This document shows, in pieces, positions 25,065 through 39,383 of a stretch of DNA of 64,000 nucleotides. The stretch covers positions 114,080,001 through 114,144,000 of the forward strand of contig OX597816.1 of NCBI GenBank assembly GCA_951406725.2. Direction: 5' to 3'. Positions within the stretch are counted from its first letter, which is position 1. Every line of letters begins with the position of its first letter. Origin of the DNA: Octopus vulgaris. Taxonomy: Eukaryota. Under the pieces are notes generated by a model, which did not search any database, was not told the DNA's origin, and saw only the letters and a list, made by a program, of their open reading frames with translations. Both the position numbers and the translations under genes were made by a program.

Positions 25065-28000
25065 TGAGCTGAGTGGAAAAAAATCTATGATAAAAAAACA
25101 TATTTCATAATTATAAACAATAATGTGAATACAGAGCTGAAATTAATAAAAAGTACCAATAAAAGTTACTTAAACAATAACAATATGACTTGCTGAAAAC
25201 TGAGAATTTAATTATTTAGATACAAGTAGCAGAGCTGAAAACTCCAGAAGTTTTAAAATTTTTATTGATGAGTAGAAACTATCCATATGAAGTTATCTTC
25301 AAATATCACAAACAGAATATTAAATCTAAAAAATTATTCATGCAATCTCTTCCAGTAACTTAAACATGAAAAATAGATTTACAAACAATACTGTTAACAT
25401 TTTCATTTACATTTTCCACAAAAAGACATCTTACCTTCTTTACTGATAAACAGTTTAATGGCATTTTTTTACTCATTGAAAACTTATCTTATGTTTTAAT
25501 ATGTAAAATAAGACTTTTAATCAATTGCTGCAAAGTGTGTGTATGCACACACACACACACACCATAGGTAGGCTATGTTTTAAATAGCAGCAGTCCAATA
25601 AGCTTTTAAAGCTCTAAAGAAAAGTTGCAACTTCAGATAAATTAGTAGAGGAGACTTTTTTCCATATAATGTCTGACATAGATGTAACAATAGTTTTTCA
25701 CATTTGGCACTTCTAACCGAGATGTATGTATCTGTAATACTTTATGCAAGTTAGTGTAGATATTGTTAAGTACTTTAGTAAGCAGTGAAACACATCTGTG
25801 TTAATAATTAAAATTACTGCTTAAATGTAAACATCCACCCAACTCAAGCCATCATGGGAAAACAGGCTAAGTTACTACAAATGGTGAATAAAATGTGCAT
25901 CTTTTTTCCAAAAAGAATAGCCTGAAAAATTTGCCTTACACACCCAGAGCAAAACTAATTATTTGATTATCAAAGCATAAATTAATGCTGATGTGTAATT
26001 GATTGGAGATTATTTTCAACCTAATTGCTAATATAATATGCTTTCCCAAAGTAGCATAGATTGGAAGAATTCATAACAGCTACTTTCTAATAATTTTCAT
26101 ATAAAGGTAGTTATCTTTTAAACTTTCTTTTGTCTCCTTTAGTCAACTATATTGTTTTATGTTAGATCCTGGAATCTCTTCATTACATTTGCATGTTGTC
26201 TCCATATTATCAGAATCTTTGTTCAGAAAAAAAAATATTCTGAGTAGATCTCATCTAAGATGCAATGGTGGTAAATGACAGCATGTAGAAAGGGACTATA
26301 TTGAAAACTCCTCCAACCCATACAAGAGACTGAGACAATAACGTAGTTGAATATTTACCAAGAAAGTGCTCAATGTAAATTATTAGGGAGTTCATATTTA
26401 ATCGAAAATAAAATTTATTTTACTTGAGAAATTCAGTGACAAAAAGTACCAAAGTTTCTACTCATCTTGCTTAGTTTCGTTTTGATCAACATAAAGATAA
26501 TTCTGAATAAAATCAACTAGTTTGCTGATGAATATATTTCTCTGTTGCCTTATAATAATACTACTGGTATTTAATCAAATATCATTTAATTTGGAGAGCA
26601 TAGCCATTGAAATTGAATAATTTTGTTACCCATAAGCTATATTCTAAAATAGATTTTATAGGAAAATAAAGAAATTAGAAACAAATTCCTGAAATTTTAC
26701 AAATAAGTATTCTTCAGAAAAATTGAAAGAAGCAATTTTACTCTTATACTTTTTAGTGATTACACATTTAAAAGGGTGAGAACATCTAAGAAATATAAGT
26801 GGCATTTCAATAGAATATTAATTACAAAATACAATGGTTAACATTTGAGAGTATAAACAGTCACTGTATATTTATTGATAAAAAATTGCTTGGAGATGTC
26901 AGTAAGACTTAAATGGCAAATATTTTAATAAGTTGCACAATTTGGAAAGCCAAAACAGTTGTTGAGGAATTTGTAGTTAACATGTAATAACTACTAGCTA
27001 ACATCATCTACTACAGTGTTATCTTCACAGTGTAATTTCTTTAAGCAATTCAATTATTGAATTAAAATAAATAAAATATTTAATTCATTCTTTACATAAT
27101 GATGAAGACTATACAGTTATCTAATAAAATTATTACAAATTATTTCCCCCAAATAATTTCATATACAGGATCTCTAAGTTTTTCTTTTTTTCTTCTATGA
27201 ATCCACCTGTTTTAACTTGATCAAAATGTATAGCCTCAAGCATTGAACACAAAACAATAAAAAATTTTCAAAGTAAAATAAATTGTACTTTTTCTGTTCA
27301 GATTGAAAGTAAAACATGTGATGGTTAAGAAAATTTGCTAAACATTTACTTGCTATTGTTTCTAATATTTTACAACTAACCTTGAAAAGAGAAAAAAAAA
27401 GGGGTAGTGCTTAAGAAATAATTATTTTTGGTATTAAAAAAATATGTCTTAAATATTTGTCAACAGACTGAATGAACATAAATAAAATAATCTTTTCTTA
27501 GGATAGCTTTATTACAAATAGAAGGAAAAAAAAAACATTTATGGAAGTGTTTTTAAACTATTATAACAATCATTATTCCATTGATAAGAGTATGCAAGTA
27601 TAGTGAATGCAAATATAATCAGTTATAGAGCCAAAGTTATTTTTGAAGAATCTCACTTCTAGGAAAGAAAACTTGACAAGAATGATGATTAATGAAGATT
27701 ATCAAAAACGGTTAAGAATAAACATAATTTCTTTTCCGTAAAATGCTGGGTAATAAAAACAGAAACTTTTAAAATTCAAGTTTCTTATGAATTTGAAAAT
27801 ATAAAATGGGATTAAAATGGGTCAGTGTTAAACCCTATCTAGTAGATGAGCAATTAAGGGTCAGAAAATGAATAAGTTGACCTAAGATGAGAAAAAGAGA
27901 AGTTGATGTATTTAGTGTTTGATTGATGATCTAAAGATCAGATGGCTTCAAGCAGTGAAGTAATTTGATAACAACTTTAACTTCTACTGGAAGCTTCCAT

Positions 28001-28599
28001 CAAAATTTGACAGCAATATCCATATATAAGGGATATATTACAGCAATTCCTTAGTATTTATTTGGTTATAGACAGACAAAATATTACTCTTGATATTTTG
28101 ACTTTAAAATAGACTCATTAGACTCATTATCTAAATATTTTTATTAAAAGGAAAAAGAATTTGCTGATGACTTGACTTTAAAAATATAAAAAACAACTAA
28201 ATGAAATTTATAGAGTTATTATTTAGCATGGATTTTAATTATTAAAACTTAATTTGGAGGTGTTGGATTTTAAGCTTAAAAGATTGGGTAGTATGTAGTA
28301 ACATGTGTGATAAGTGTGTGCATTTTGTCTATCATTATCTGCACATTTGAAAAGAAAATCATATCCAAATAAAAAAAGCATAACCCAAAACTCATGGAAG
28401 ATGTTCTTATATGAGAATGGATGATTATGAATAAGCATTGAAAGATATTGTTGTACATGATATGTTTAAGAAAATAACTAATGAGCGCTACACAAGAACA
28501 GTGAGTATATTAGAAAGATGCAATGAACAAAATCTAAAGAACTAAGTATATTATGAATTAGCTTTTGTGACTGTTTTCTATGTCAGTATTCAAGTAATA

Positions 28600-29720
28600 C
28601 TATCCTAGATATGAATGTAGTGAAGAGTTCTTCATTCAGGCAAGAGGGGAATCAATAAAATTTGATAGGGAAACTAGATGTTTTTAGAAAGAGGGGACAA
28701 GGAAATCTGAGACAGGATAAAAGCTAGTCTTGAAGCTCATTGTTAAATGGTAACACGATTTCTGCTGGTGGATTTCAGATTGTCAAACAATGAAAGATCA
28801 GAACAAAACTATTTTGTAAGGAAATAAAATAGAACAGATACATACACAGCATTGGCTGACATTGGCTTGTCATGATGAGAAAGAAGTTGCAAGAAAAGCT
28901 TAACAAGTTTAAACATCCTAAGAAGTCATAGAACTTATCAAATTTTGATATATTTAGTTTTGAATATGGATTATGATGAGTAATTGGAACAGCTCAAATT
29001 AGGTGTAATACATCAGTCTAGATTGTGTTTGCAGATGAAAAAGAGGAAATTTGTAAAAGGTGGGCAGTGGAAAAATTAACTACTAAAAATAACCTGTAAT
29101 AGTATTCACAACAGCTTTTTTAAAATTAGAGTATTAAGTGGGGTGTGTACATAGTGAAATTTTTGACTAAGATTAACTATGGTGGGGGTGGAAAGTTTTA
29201 GCTGGAATTTGATGAAAATATGGAGCATAATTAAGAGAATTTTGTCAAATGAAGAAAACAAACAACTTGACTAAGTTGGAATACACAAGAACAATTGGAA
29301 AACTTTTTGATATCTGCATAGATTAATCAATGCTAAACTTTACATGGTTACAAAGTTCACCTTTTTAGCTGAAGCTGATGCTGAGAATATAACTGAGGAA
29401 ATAAGATTGGGGATTATTATTTGAGAGGAATAGTACATAATTTTATAATTTGAATTTAGTGGTGTTGAATGTTATATGAGTCAGTAAAGCTTCCAACTGA
29501 TAATCTAAATGTTGTCTGAATACTGTGAATAATGAAGATTGAGTTCAATATTGTATACATCAGAATCATAAATGTTTTTTCTAGGAAATTAGTGTTTGAT
29601 TTGGTAAATATTTATAACATTACAAGGAACATGTCTGAACAAGATAGAATGGCAGCTATTACACTTGGAAAATGTTTTGCATTTTGTGTCTGCAGCTGCA
29701 GCATTATGTTTCCATCTTAT
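28600..29720 (-). mobile_element. Highly decayed LINE (CR1/L2-like RT) remnant in the last intron
   Basis: A YADD-like QYSDNI near 29510-29528 and an LEYC-like remnant near 28990-29015; purine-rich on the plus strand. Confidence 0.4.
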
Positions 29721-30892
29721 TACACACAAAAGGATGGTGGGATCTAAACATGCTAATTAGATACCTTCTAAATATCATTAGTATGATAATTCTTTATACA
29801 ATTAAGTTACATGTAAAACCAAATTTTCTTTATGAAACAACATAATATTTTCATTTAAAAATAAATCATCAATCATTTACATAGATTTTAACATTTTTAT
29901 TATTTTCAAATGAAAATACTATGCTATTTCCTAAATGTTGTGTTACTTAACTAACTGGATGATGAATTATCATACTGATATTATTTAGAGCATATCTAAT
30001 TACTGTTTCTAGATCCCTTTCTTTTTCTGTCTGTAACAAAAAAGTATACATGAATGCAGCAGCACATAAAATGTCTTTGAATTATAGTAGAAATCTTGTA
30101 ACATGCACCATCATGAAGTTAGTGTTATACTAGTAAATTCATTATTAAAATTTAACGATTTCATTAAAATTTTAAAGCAAATAACTTTTTCTGAAAATAT
30201 ATTTATCAAATGATATGTCAAGTCGAAAAGCTATAATCATGTAAAGTCTATTTTCTTTTACTTTTACATAATATTTAAGCATTCCAAATGAAATCATAGT
30301 AAATTGTTAATGGCTGCAAGAAATTAGAAAATCCTAGAAATGCTCTTCCAATTTGACTGATAATAAAAGTTGATATACTTATTCTTAGGGCTTCTAATAA
30401 AGAAAAAGTAACATAATCTGCTTTATGCTTACTGCATTTAAAATTCAAATGTTGTTTGAAAAGCAGATGATCTTATTAAATCTAATTATATTTAGAATAT
30501 TAAATAATACATGGGCATTTTCAAAGTATAAAGTAAATATTACCTTGAGACTCTTACTTCATTAGTAAACTTCAAATGAGGTAATTATCTGATTAAAGAA
30601 ACTTTGATTGTATTCTAAATTAGCTATTTATGGGCCGGTTCATATTATTGGTTTTAAAAATGCCATGTTTTTAGAGAGTTGTCTAACTGTTATTGAGGAT
30701 TTGCTCATAATATATATATATAAAAAAAAAATCACAGGAATAATACAAAAACTTTTGTAGTGAAACTTTAACAGTTTGTCAAGGTTTCTAGTTAACTTTA
30801 AAGCTAGGAAAGTCACATTTCAATGGAGCACAACCCTAGGTTGATGCTGAGCAACTTGAAATATCAGTTTTGATTAAGAAACTTTCCCAACA

Positions 30893-30948
30893 GAAGAAGG
30901 AGGAAGAAGGAGGAGGAGGGAGGAAGAGGAAGAAGAAGGAGGAGGAAG
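30893..30948. repeat. (GAG/GAA)n purine tract
   Basis: Seen directly. Confidence 0.9.
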
Positions 30949-32805
30949 TTTATTATTAAAGTTTTGGTGAAAGTATATCTATCCTAATGTGATCACCTGT
31001 TTAAAGAATCTATTTCACACACTGTGCTAAACTATCCTAACAGTGAGGCCTCACAACTTGGCAAGTGACACCAAAGTGATTAGTTCTGCTTGCCATGATG
31101 TGATGGATGACTTGCAGATGGGGATCAAATGTAAGAAGTTTTCTTGGGCTTTTTCTTTTTCTTTTCAATTCTTTATTGTTTTTAGTGTTTTATTTGAATT
31201 TTTATCTACTTTATCAATGATATAACACAATTCTGCACACATACTTAGATATATAAAATATATGCACAAAATGATAAAAAAAAAAAGTAAGCAGAGATAG
31301 CAAAGTTTAACAAATATTATTTTATGGGTCAATACTCATAGTTTATTTGATTAAAACTTTTCCTCTTAATCCTCAGGAACCAAACTAAAAGATACTAACT
31401 GGTAGGGGATATTTTATATACCAGAGCATTACAGGTAGATTTCTTTCTGCCTCCAAACGAAAAACACAAAGAAAAATAATTAAGAATGTTTTGACAAGTT
31501 TGAAAGTGCATAGAAGTTAATATCATTAAAATATATGAATTGAAACGTTGATAGAAGGAACTTAACAGTTCAATACTTGTAATTAATATCACTTTGAAAG
31601 CACTGGTTCTTGTCTAATCACTAAAGTTAACCAGGTTAGTGGTTGGAAAATCTAGGAATTCTAAGCAACATTATTAGTTTAAAGGCCTTAGTAGTGTAGT
31701 AAGCAGCATGTCAGTCTTATACTCAATATAAGACAAAGAGGACCGAAACCTCTTACTATGCAGTAATCAATAATACTATTATAACCTTAATAATTTAGTC
31801 ATGATCAGTGACAGTAACCAGATTATACGAGAGTTGTACTGTATGCCTAAGACTGATAGTTTATGTAAAAAGGTTTTTTTTCTGCTTCAGAATAAGTATG
31901 AGAATTCTCACTTAGAACCACTTATTTTACAAATACCCATGGGAAAGATACATCTCAGCATCCAATTTCTGTGCCTCTGAAAATCTGAGTTTCTTTCGTC
32001 TTTTTCTATGGTAATATTCAAGATTCCTTTGTTATCTTATATGGTAATATGCAAGAGTCCTAGTTTTCTTCATTGACAATAATTCTCATTATTTGAATTG
32101 TTCTCATTAGATGTTCTACATATAATAGTTTACTTTTTTCCTAATGAACATGCAAGGAAAGTTATTCAGTTTATTATAGCTACAAGAAATTTGAAAAATA
32201 TTTACTTTTCTTTTTACTAAAATAATGCTTTCTTCATACAAAATACAATTTATAAGACTAAAAATATAAATACAAGGAAATGTCAAAGAGAAATTACGAC
32301 TGATTTGGAAGTGTTGAATGTTGATTTAGATTCCAGTTGTGAAGACTATAAAAACCCAGAAAGTTGAGCTGTTATGATACTGCTTTCATTGTTAGAAGGT
32401 TTAGAAAATCCATCCAATCTACATCAGCAATGTGGGAACTAACCATAGAAAGTCATACATTCATTCTCTAAATAAGACCATCTCATGAAAATTAACTTTT
32501 TCTGAATCAAATTGTATGCATGTACTTCATATAGCATCTGCTATATGAAGTACACACAGTTTGTCATGGTTTTCTTTCGCTAACTTAACTTAAAAGTAGC
32601 AAAATTATTTTATATAACAGATAAATCACAATAAATAAAATAAATTATTGTTTTTTGATTTTTTTGCTAGTTAATTTTACTTTTTTTCTGGTTTTTACTA
32701 TCTATAAAAATTTTCTCTAAGCTTTATTCTCTATTTCACTCTTTTTTTTTTTTTGTATCAGTAAACATCTAGAAAGATCCAAACTTAAGTATGATATTTT
32801 CTTAC

Positions 32806-32990
32806 CTGGTCGCACATCTTGCACTGGTAGGTTTTAGCAGCTTTGGTGGGCTTCACTGGCTGGGGTACCACCAAGGGTGCATTGGCAGCTGGAGTGGATG
32901 AGCCAACATGGGCAGTCCGATAGCCTCCGTTACTCTGAGTATTCGGACGTAAGTCTTGAACTCGATTCATATTATCTTGATTGACACTAT
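32806..32990 (-). CDS. rn: Internal coding exon (185 nt, phase 1 to phase 0) of the same gene: DSVNQDNMNRVQDLRPNTQSNGGYRTAHVGSSTPAANAPLVVPQPVKPTKAAKTYQCKMCDQ
   Basis: Acceptor cattttatatgcttacAG (32992-32991) and donor CAG|GTAAGA (32805). Splicing to 24255 rebuilds a complete finger, YQCKMCDQ|VFTTKSDMLIHCQQIH. In-frame ATG at 32970. Confidence 0.92.
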
Positions 32991-34108
32991 CTGTAAGCAT
33001 ATAAAATGACATTCAAACTTAATAACAAGGTTTTCAAATCCTGTAAATAGCAGAGGCCTACAGAGTTGCAGCAGAATATTACAAGCTGTTAACACAGATT
33101 AGACAAATTTGATGGCCCTCTAATGAGATATAAGAATTCATATGTTGTAGTGCTTACTGTAAAATTGCTGTCAATTACTAAACAATTTTGATGAAAAATC
33201 TAAAGCCACAATAGTTTTCTCTTGAAAAATCCTAGACATAGGATACTAGTTACATATAACAGGTTTTCCAAAATTTCTAGAAAATTACTGGTCTTCACCA
33301 AAAAATTGAACAGATTTTAAGATAATATATATTTTTTGTATCCATCACTAATAAACTTTAATCAATTTTCACTAGAACAGATCATTAATATCTGAAATAA
33401 CACTAAATGTATTTTGTAGACAGTAATAAGTAATATCCTTGAAAAGCAACTTTGTATCTACTTTGTTTGTACTAAATTTCTAAACAAAAGTATGAAGTTG
33501 TATTTATCATCTAGCATACAGAATGTTATACTTAATAAACCACCACATAAGAAACTAGTTGAACAAGGGCAATAGCAACAACAACACTAATAGCAAATAT
33601 AAGTAAGGCAGGCTACAACTGATGGCAGAGACTAGAGTTGGTAGAGATTAATGAGCTGGCATTTTTTAACTGATGTGGGTGGGGAAACTGAATTCCAAAG
33701 GGAATGGTGTGAAAATACAGAAACCAAGAGACTATTTTAAAGAGGAGTTTGTAAGTAAAATGTTTTAAAATACTTAAAATGAATTCATTTCAACAGAAAA
33801 ATTGACTTCAATATAACACTAAAAATAGAGAGAAAAATCTAATCTTAAAAAATATGGTCTCAATCTTTCAAATGTTTGTGAGACAAAAGACAAACATTTA
33901 ACACACACATACACACACACACACACATACATATTTGTGTAAGGAGCCCATCTCACTGTCAACACCATAATTTCTTTCTCTGTGCAGTCTAATATCTCTG
34001 AAGGTCAAAAGTGACATGAATGAGACACTGACATTGGTTGAATCACTGGTTGAAGTACTTTTGAAACTAGCATGGTGTGAAGAATGGGTAAACGATGCTG
34101 AGACATAT

Positions 34109-34334
34109 TTAACTGTTTAGCATTTAAACTGGTCTAAATATTCTACCTGTTTTATGTTCAAACCAGCAAGATCTGGCCTCTCACACCAATGCTACAATAT
34201 CATTCGAAAAATACACAATGACATTATTAGAATTTGAAAGCTATGAGATCATGCATGATTATGCATGATTAATTCAAAACAATGAATAAATAAGCAATAA
34301 ATTTGTGAGAGTAATCTGAATGATAAAGGCTTAA
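34109..34334. mobile_element. TTAA-flanked MITE (piggyBac-type termini)
   Basis: TTAA-ctgtttagcatt ... aatgataaaggc-TTAA, that is degenerate CCCTTTAGCATT-type inverted termini with TTAA at both ends. Confidence 0.65.
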
Positions 34335-35769
34335 TATCTTTCAAGAGTAATAGCTAAAAGATATGGTGTTCAATATCATTTGGAGTTTTATGGTGTTGTG
34401 CTGAAACTAATGAATAACGGCTAGTTTTAATTCTAATATTGATCAAATGACAAACATTCCAGTCTTCAGTGATTCCAAGTTTTTTTTCCTACTAAATAAT
34501 CACCTAGTCAGCTGTATGTTTTAGCTTTGAGAGTAAGTATACCCAAATTGTTTCATATCTATCTTTCTTTTGTTTGCAGATATGAACCTTCAACGTGTTT
34601 AAAATACATTACATTAAAGACAGAAATTGATTTAAAATGGTATCTGTGAAGATATAATTTAGATAATAAATAAGAGATGCTGTACATATATTTTGATCAT
34701 ATTTTTCATCAATACTTCTGGATTAGTAAACGCTATCCTTTGTGGATGAGGTGAGAATTAGACAAACCTTATGTTCAGAATTCCCTCTCATACATGTCCC
34801 ACCACCCACTCCCAAAAAAACCCCAATAATAGTAATCATTGACAAATACTTTTTTTTTCTTCACTGCACAATTACTTGAAAGCTTTCAGGCTAATTTCTA
34901 GTATGATTTTTAAATGTTTTGTCTACTAAATAGGTTAATACTAAGTTGGGCATATTACATATAGTTATATAAGGATTGGTTATTGGAATTTTCTAAACCC
35001 TGCTTAATGTGAAATACATCCTATCTAATGGCATGCAAATTATAGTTTGGTTCATTCCATTCAGTAAAATTCTCAACATCCAACAGAAGAGACTGCACAA
35101 TGAAACATCTCTATGAAAAGAGTCAATATTTTGGCAGAGGAAGGCTAAACAGAAAGAATATACATAAACATTTGGTAAATTAAAATGGCATCTGAGAAGT
35201 AACATGCTGAAAATGTATGTTTTAATAATAACTACATACAGAATAATCCTACACATCAACAAGCACATGTGAACGGGGGTGGAAGAGAAATTTAGAATAG
35301 AAACTACCGAAATTTAATGTAGTTGATTTGGCAGGATGTTTCAACTTTAATGACAAACAATATTTGAATCTCTATGCCAAAATTTTCATTTAAAAAATGT
35401 AATATCCTCAATGTAGGTAAAGAGAATACTAAATAATATGTAATTAATATGCAATAGTAAAAAATATTCTTCTGTATAGAACAAATGTAAAAATTAGATA
35501 TATTTCTCCAGTAACATTTTATTATGTCATTTACAGACTATTGGGATAATTACAATGATGTACACACACACACCTTCCAAGAGCATCTCTATACAATCAT
35601 TAATGTTATAATATACTGATTTATGCCAGTTAATTCTAAATTTGTGAATCTGATAAAACTAAAGTTCAGTGAATTGATAAAGACTTCTAAAGAAACAATG
35701 ATAACAATATATTAATATACTTAGAAATAGTTTGTTTGCTACTTTTGGTCAAATACAATAACAACCTAC

Positions 35770-35776
35770 ATATATC

Positions 35777-35823
<47 letters not shown>

Positions 35824-35861
35824 TATACATACACACACACACACACACATATATATATATT

Positions 35862-35919
<58 letters not shown>

Positions 35920-35942
35920 CATACATACACATATATACATAT
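35770..35942. repeat. (TA)n/(CA)n compound microsatellite
   Basis: Seen directly; it explains the YI/HT/CV ORFs here. Confidence 0.97.
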
Positions 35943-36942
35943 AATTAACAATATATGTATGTTTGTGTTTTGATACATTATTCTTTATAATTTAGTGTAA
36001 ATACTTCCAGTTTTTTTTCATTGTCCCTCCCATCATAATTTTACCTTCTCTTTTTGTATTTTCTCCTCCACCTCCCCTCATCTCCAACTCTCTCAACTTA
36101 TTTCAAATTCTCTATTTTTTTTTTTATCTCTCAGTCTTTCTGGCATTTCCCCCTTCCCTTAAACTATTTTGTGGGAGCTTTCAGTCATCCTCTATGGTGT
36201 CAATAGCAACTCACCACCCAGGGGATTCCAAGTAAACTAAGAGTCATTTCCAAATTTAATTACATCTAATGGCCTACAGCTGTTTTGTTGGAGGTGAGCA
36301 GCATGTGTTTGTGTGTGCATAGCATGTGTTCGTATGTGTGAGTGTGTGTGTGAGAGAGAGAGAGAGTAAGAGAGAGTGAGTGAGAGAGAGATTCTTGCAG
36401 GGTTGGCAATCTTATGGTTGGTGGTCATAATGGAAGAAGATATAGTGAGTTGTGGTAGTCGAAGGTTAAGACATTGTGTTTATTGCAGTTTACATTAATG
36501 GCATGTTAACAGCTGGCCTGCTGATGCTTAAATGCCAGAAGAAGATGACTAGAGTGGAAGGATCTTGCTGACACAACAGCCAGACATGAGTTTAAAGACT
36601 AACCCCCACCTCCTACTCTGGACTCAACATTCCAATTTATAAAAATAGTCATTGAGGTCTTTTGTTTCCACCCATAAATAGAAATCTCTAAAAATCTTTA
36701 TTTTTTCCCCCTTTTCTTTCTCTCTCTCTTTTTCTCTCCTCCTCACTCACTTTATGAGAATGTTCTATTGAAGTTCAATCTTCTGCCACAATTCTTTATC
36801 CTTAAATAGAAACTTGTTGATAAAAGAATGGTTGATATTGTACTTGTAACACTGTTACCATTCTAAGTGTTTATTAAATTTTTTTTTCTTTGAAAAATTG
36901 AAATGATACAAATCAAGCAAAAAGACAAAATATATCTATAAC

Positions 36943-37095
36943 AATGATTTCTGATATTGATACAAACCCACATATTTTCAAGAGGGATGTAACTGTTTTA
37001 CTACATACTAGTATATAACTGGTATCTATTTTATCAAATGCAGTGTGACGAAAGCAAAATCAACTCTGACAATGTTTGAAGTTAGAACATGCAAT
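36943..37095 (-). mobile_element. Old degenerate family A SINE
   Basis: aactggtatctattttatcaa...gaaagcaaaatcaactctgacaatgtttgaagttagaac aligns to 54360-54432. Confidence 0.55.
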
Positions 37096-37129
37096 TTGTC
37101 ACTCCATCACCCTGATTCCTAACATTGTC

Positions 37130-37540
37130 TCAAGGCTACACGCTTGAAGGAGAGGAACAATGGTTAGTAAAGGTTCAGAAATTGAGAGACACAATGTGTC
37201 TCTCAATCAGAAGATGGACGAGTGAGTGAGGCATGTCAAAGTGAAGATGGCATGAGACTAGTTAATTTCAGAGAGTAAAGGCTACTGTAGTAGTGGTTGT
37301 AAAGAGAAAGAAAGAACTTTGAGAGTTTGAGGTGTATGCTATTCATATTTTGAGTGGGTTGAGCACAATATTGTATACTTAATGTTTGATGTGATATTGT
37401 CTATCATCTGTTTAACAAGACAAAATTGACATGGCTTAACTGGAGAGTGTTTTTTGAGCCTATGTTCAGAGATTCCTTGTAGGGTTAGGTATGAGGTACC
37501 TCAGTTTTATATCAATGACAATAGGGTGTGGAAGATTAGG
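37130..37540 (-). mobile_element. LINE 3' remnant of the same type as 3190-3690
   Basis: Minus-strand peptide SLYNHYYSSLYSLKLTSLMPS resembles the LFYRYYxGxCSxELxxLxP motif. Confidence 0.5.
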
Positions 37541-37649
37541 GAATATTATATGCCTCAAGTATTTGACTGGTACTAACATCAATTATTACAGCATCTATTA
37601 TAAATCAGAAGACTAGCAGAAGTTGTAAAGTATTGAATTAAGTGTTTTA

Positions 37650-37825
37650 CAACACTTAGTATTGACCCTCTAAGCTTTGATTTTGAATATCACCAGGGTT
37701 GATTTTCGATGTTCATACCTGTGTAGTTGATAAAATAAATAACAGAAATAAACGTATTATGGCTAGGTTATTGATTTTACCACTTCCTTACAAGCATAAA
37801 GTTTTGTGTCAAAGTGAAAAATCAC
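37650..37825 (+). mobile_element. Old degenerate family A SINE
   Basis: ttttgaatatcaccagggttgattttcgatgttcatacc...gttgataaaataaata is a remnant of the family core. Confidence 0.45.
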
Positions 37826-39356
37826 TTCTTTTGGTTGAATTTATTTGAGTACAACACTGGCATTAATTTGTCAATCCCTGGATTGGTGATAATCATTATC
37901 AATATTGGCTAAATTTAAAAGCACAACAATGAAGCAGTGAACCAAAGATACAACATCTAATCTAGCACCCTACTATGATTATTATTAGTATTATTATCAT
38001 TATTATGATGATGATGATGATTTCTTAAATAAACGTTAAAACATTTAGGTGAAAAATGGAGAGCTAAAACATCCCATGCCTTTCACAAGGGCTTTTATGA
38101 CAAATGGTTCCTACTGGGAATTAAAAATTGGTTTTAATATCATATGCACAAAGTCCTCACCATGCCCCAGATGAAATTTTAAAAGATAAAATCAAGAAAG
38201 CAGATATGGATTACTGATATAGCCTGTACTAATGAGAAAAACATTTATGAAAAGCATTTGCCAGCTGATATATTGTTTTACATAACAGAAATTGTGCATT
38301 GTTAACTATTCTTTTAAGTTTTTGGTTATCTTCAACCATTTAGTAGTATGCAGTTATAAAAGCTGAGTAACTTGTGCTTATTTTTTTACATGCAAATGTT
38401 TCTGTGTGATTTTAGAAGTGAAGAGAGCAATAATGGAAATTATATAACTAAAACGGTCGGGGCAAAATTAATTTTGAAACATGGCAGAATTATCAAAAAT
38501 CTGTCCACAGACAAAAAACAAACATCACTACTGAAAATGAATAGCAACAAAAAAATAAATTAAGAATTAAATAAAGACTATGATGGTAAAATATGTTTGA
38601 AAGATTATTTTATAGCTAATTCCTCTGTGACTAGTAAATATAAGAAAAAAAAAATTAACTTTATTATAATAGAATAGTATTCTTCAAATAATCTATTACT
38701 GAAGAGTACTTACTTTACTAAACAATTTGAATTTAGGAGATATAGTTAACAGCAAAAGTTTGTTTACACCAACCATATGTGTATCAATGCAAGTATTCCA
38801 CTCAACATACCTATAGCATATTTATATTTATATGCAAATTCTCCACCCAACAATATTCAAGTGGAAATTTTATGACAAAAATAGAGATGTACCAGGAAAA
38901 TGTAGGATAAGTGCTTTGTATGGGAAGAACATATTTTGGACATACATTTAGAGTAAAGGAGTAAATTGGAACTGTATTTAAAAGATGAAATAGAAACAAG
39001 TTTAACAAAGAGTGACTATACTTCTTTATTTCCCTACTTGTGTTTACACAGATGTGTAATAATTAGAGAGATTGATGTAACACAAGGAGATACATGATAA
39101 TAATAACATCATGTAATGAGCTACATGATAAAAGTCACGTGATAAAAAGCATAGAATAGAAAAGTGAGTGAAAAAAAAATAATAACAGACAATAACGGAG
39201 CAGCATAAAGAAATGATTAATCTCTGATTTGCAATAATCTCTGATTTGCATACAAGAATGACGAAACATAAGCTGTTGTTATAGTCTTTAAAGAAAAGAC
39301 TAGTGAGAGATGGTGGTAAATCCTTTCAAGCACAAAGTGAGAATAAATATGCTCAC

Positions 39357-39383
39357 CTGTGACATGATTATCTTTAGACATAC
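39357..39383 (-). CDS. Candidate 27-nt coding microexon (phase 1-1) encoding (G)MSKDNHVT(D)
   Basis: Minus strand reads ttccgtttctgttccatcaacAG|GTATGTCTAAAGATAATCATGTCACAG|GTGAGC. The length is a multiple of 3, and the exon is open in the phase required by the 32990 acceptor. Confidence 0.65.
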
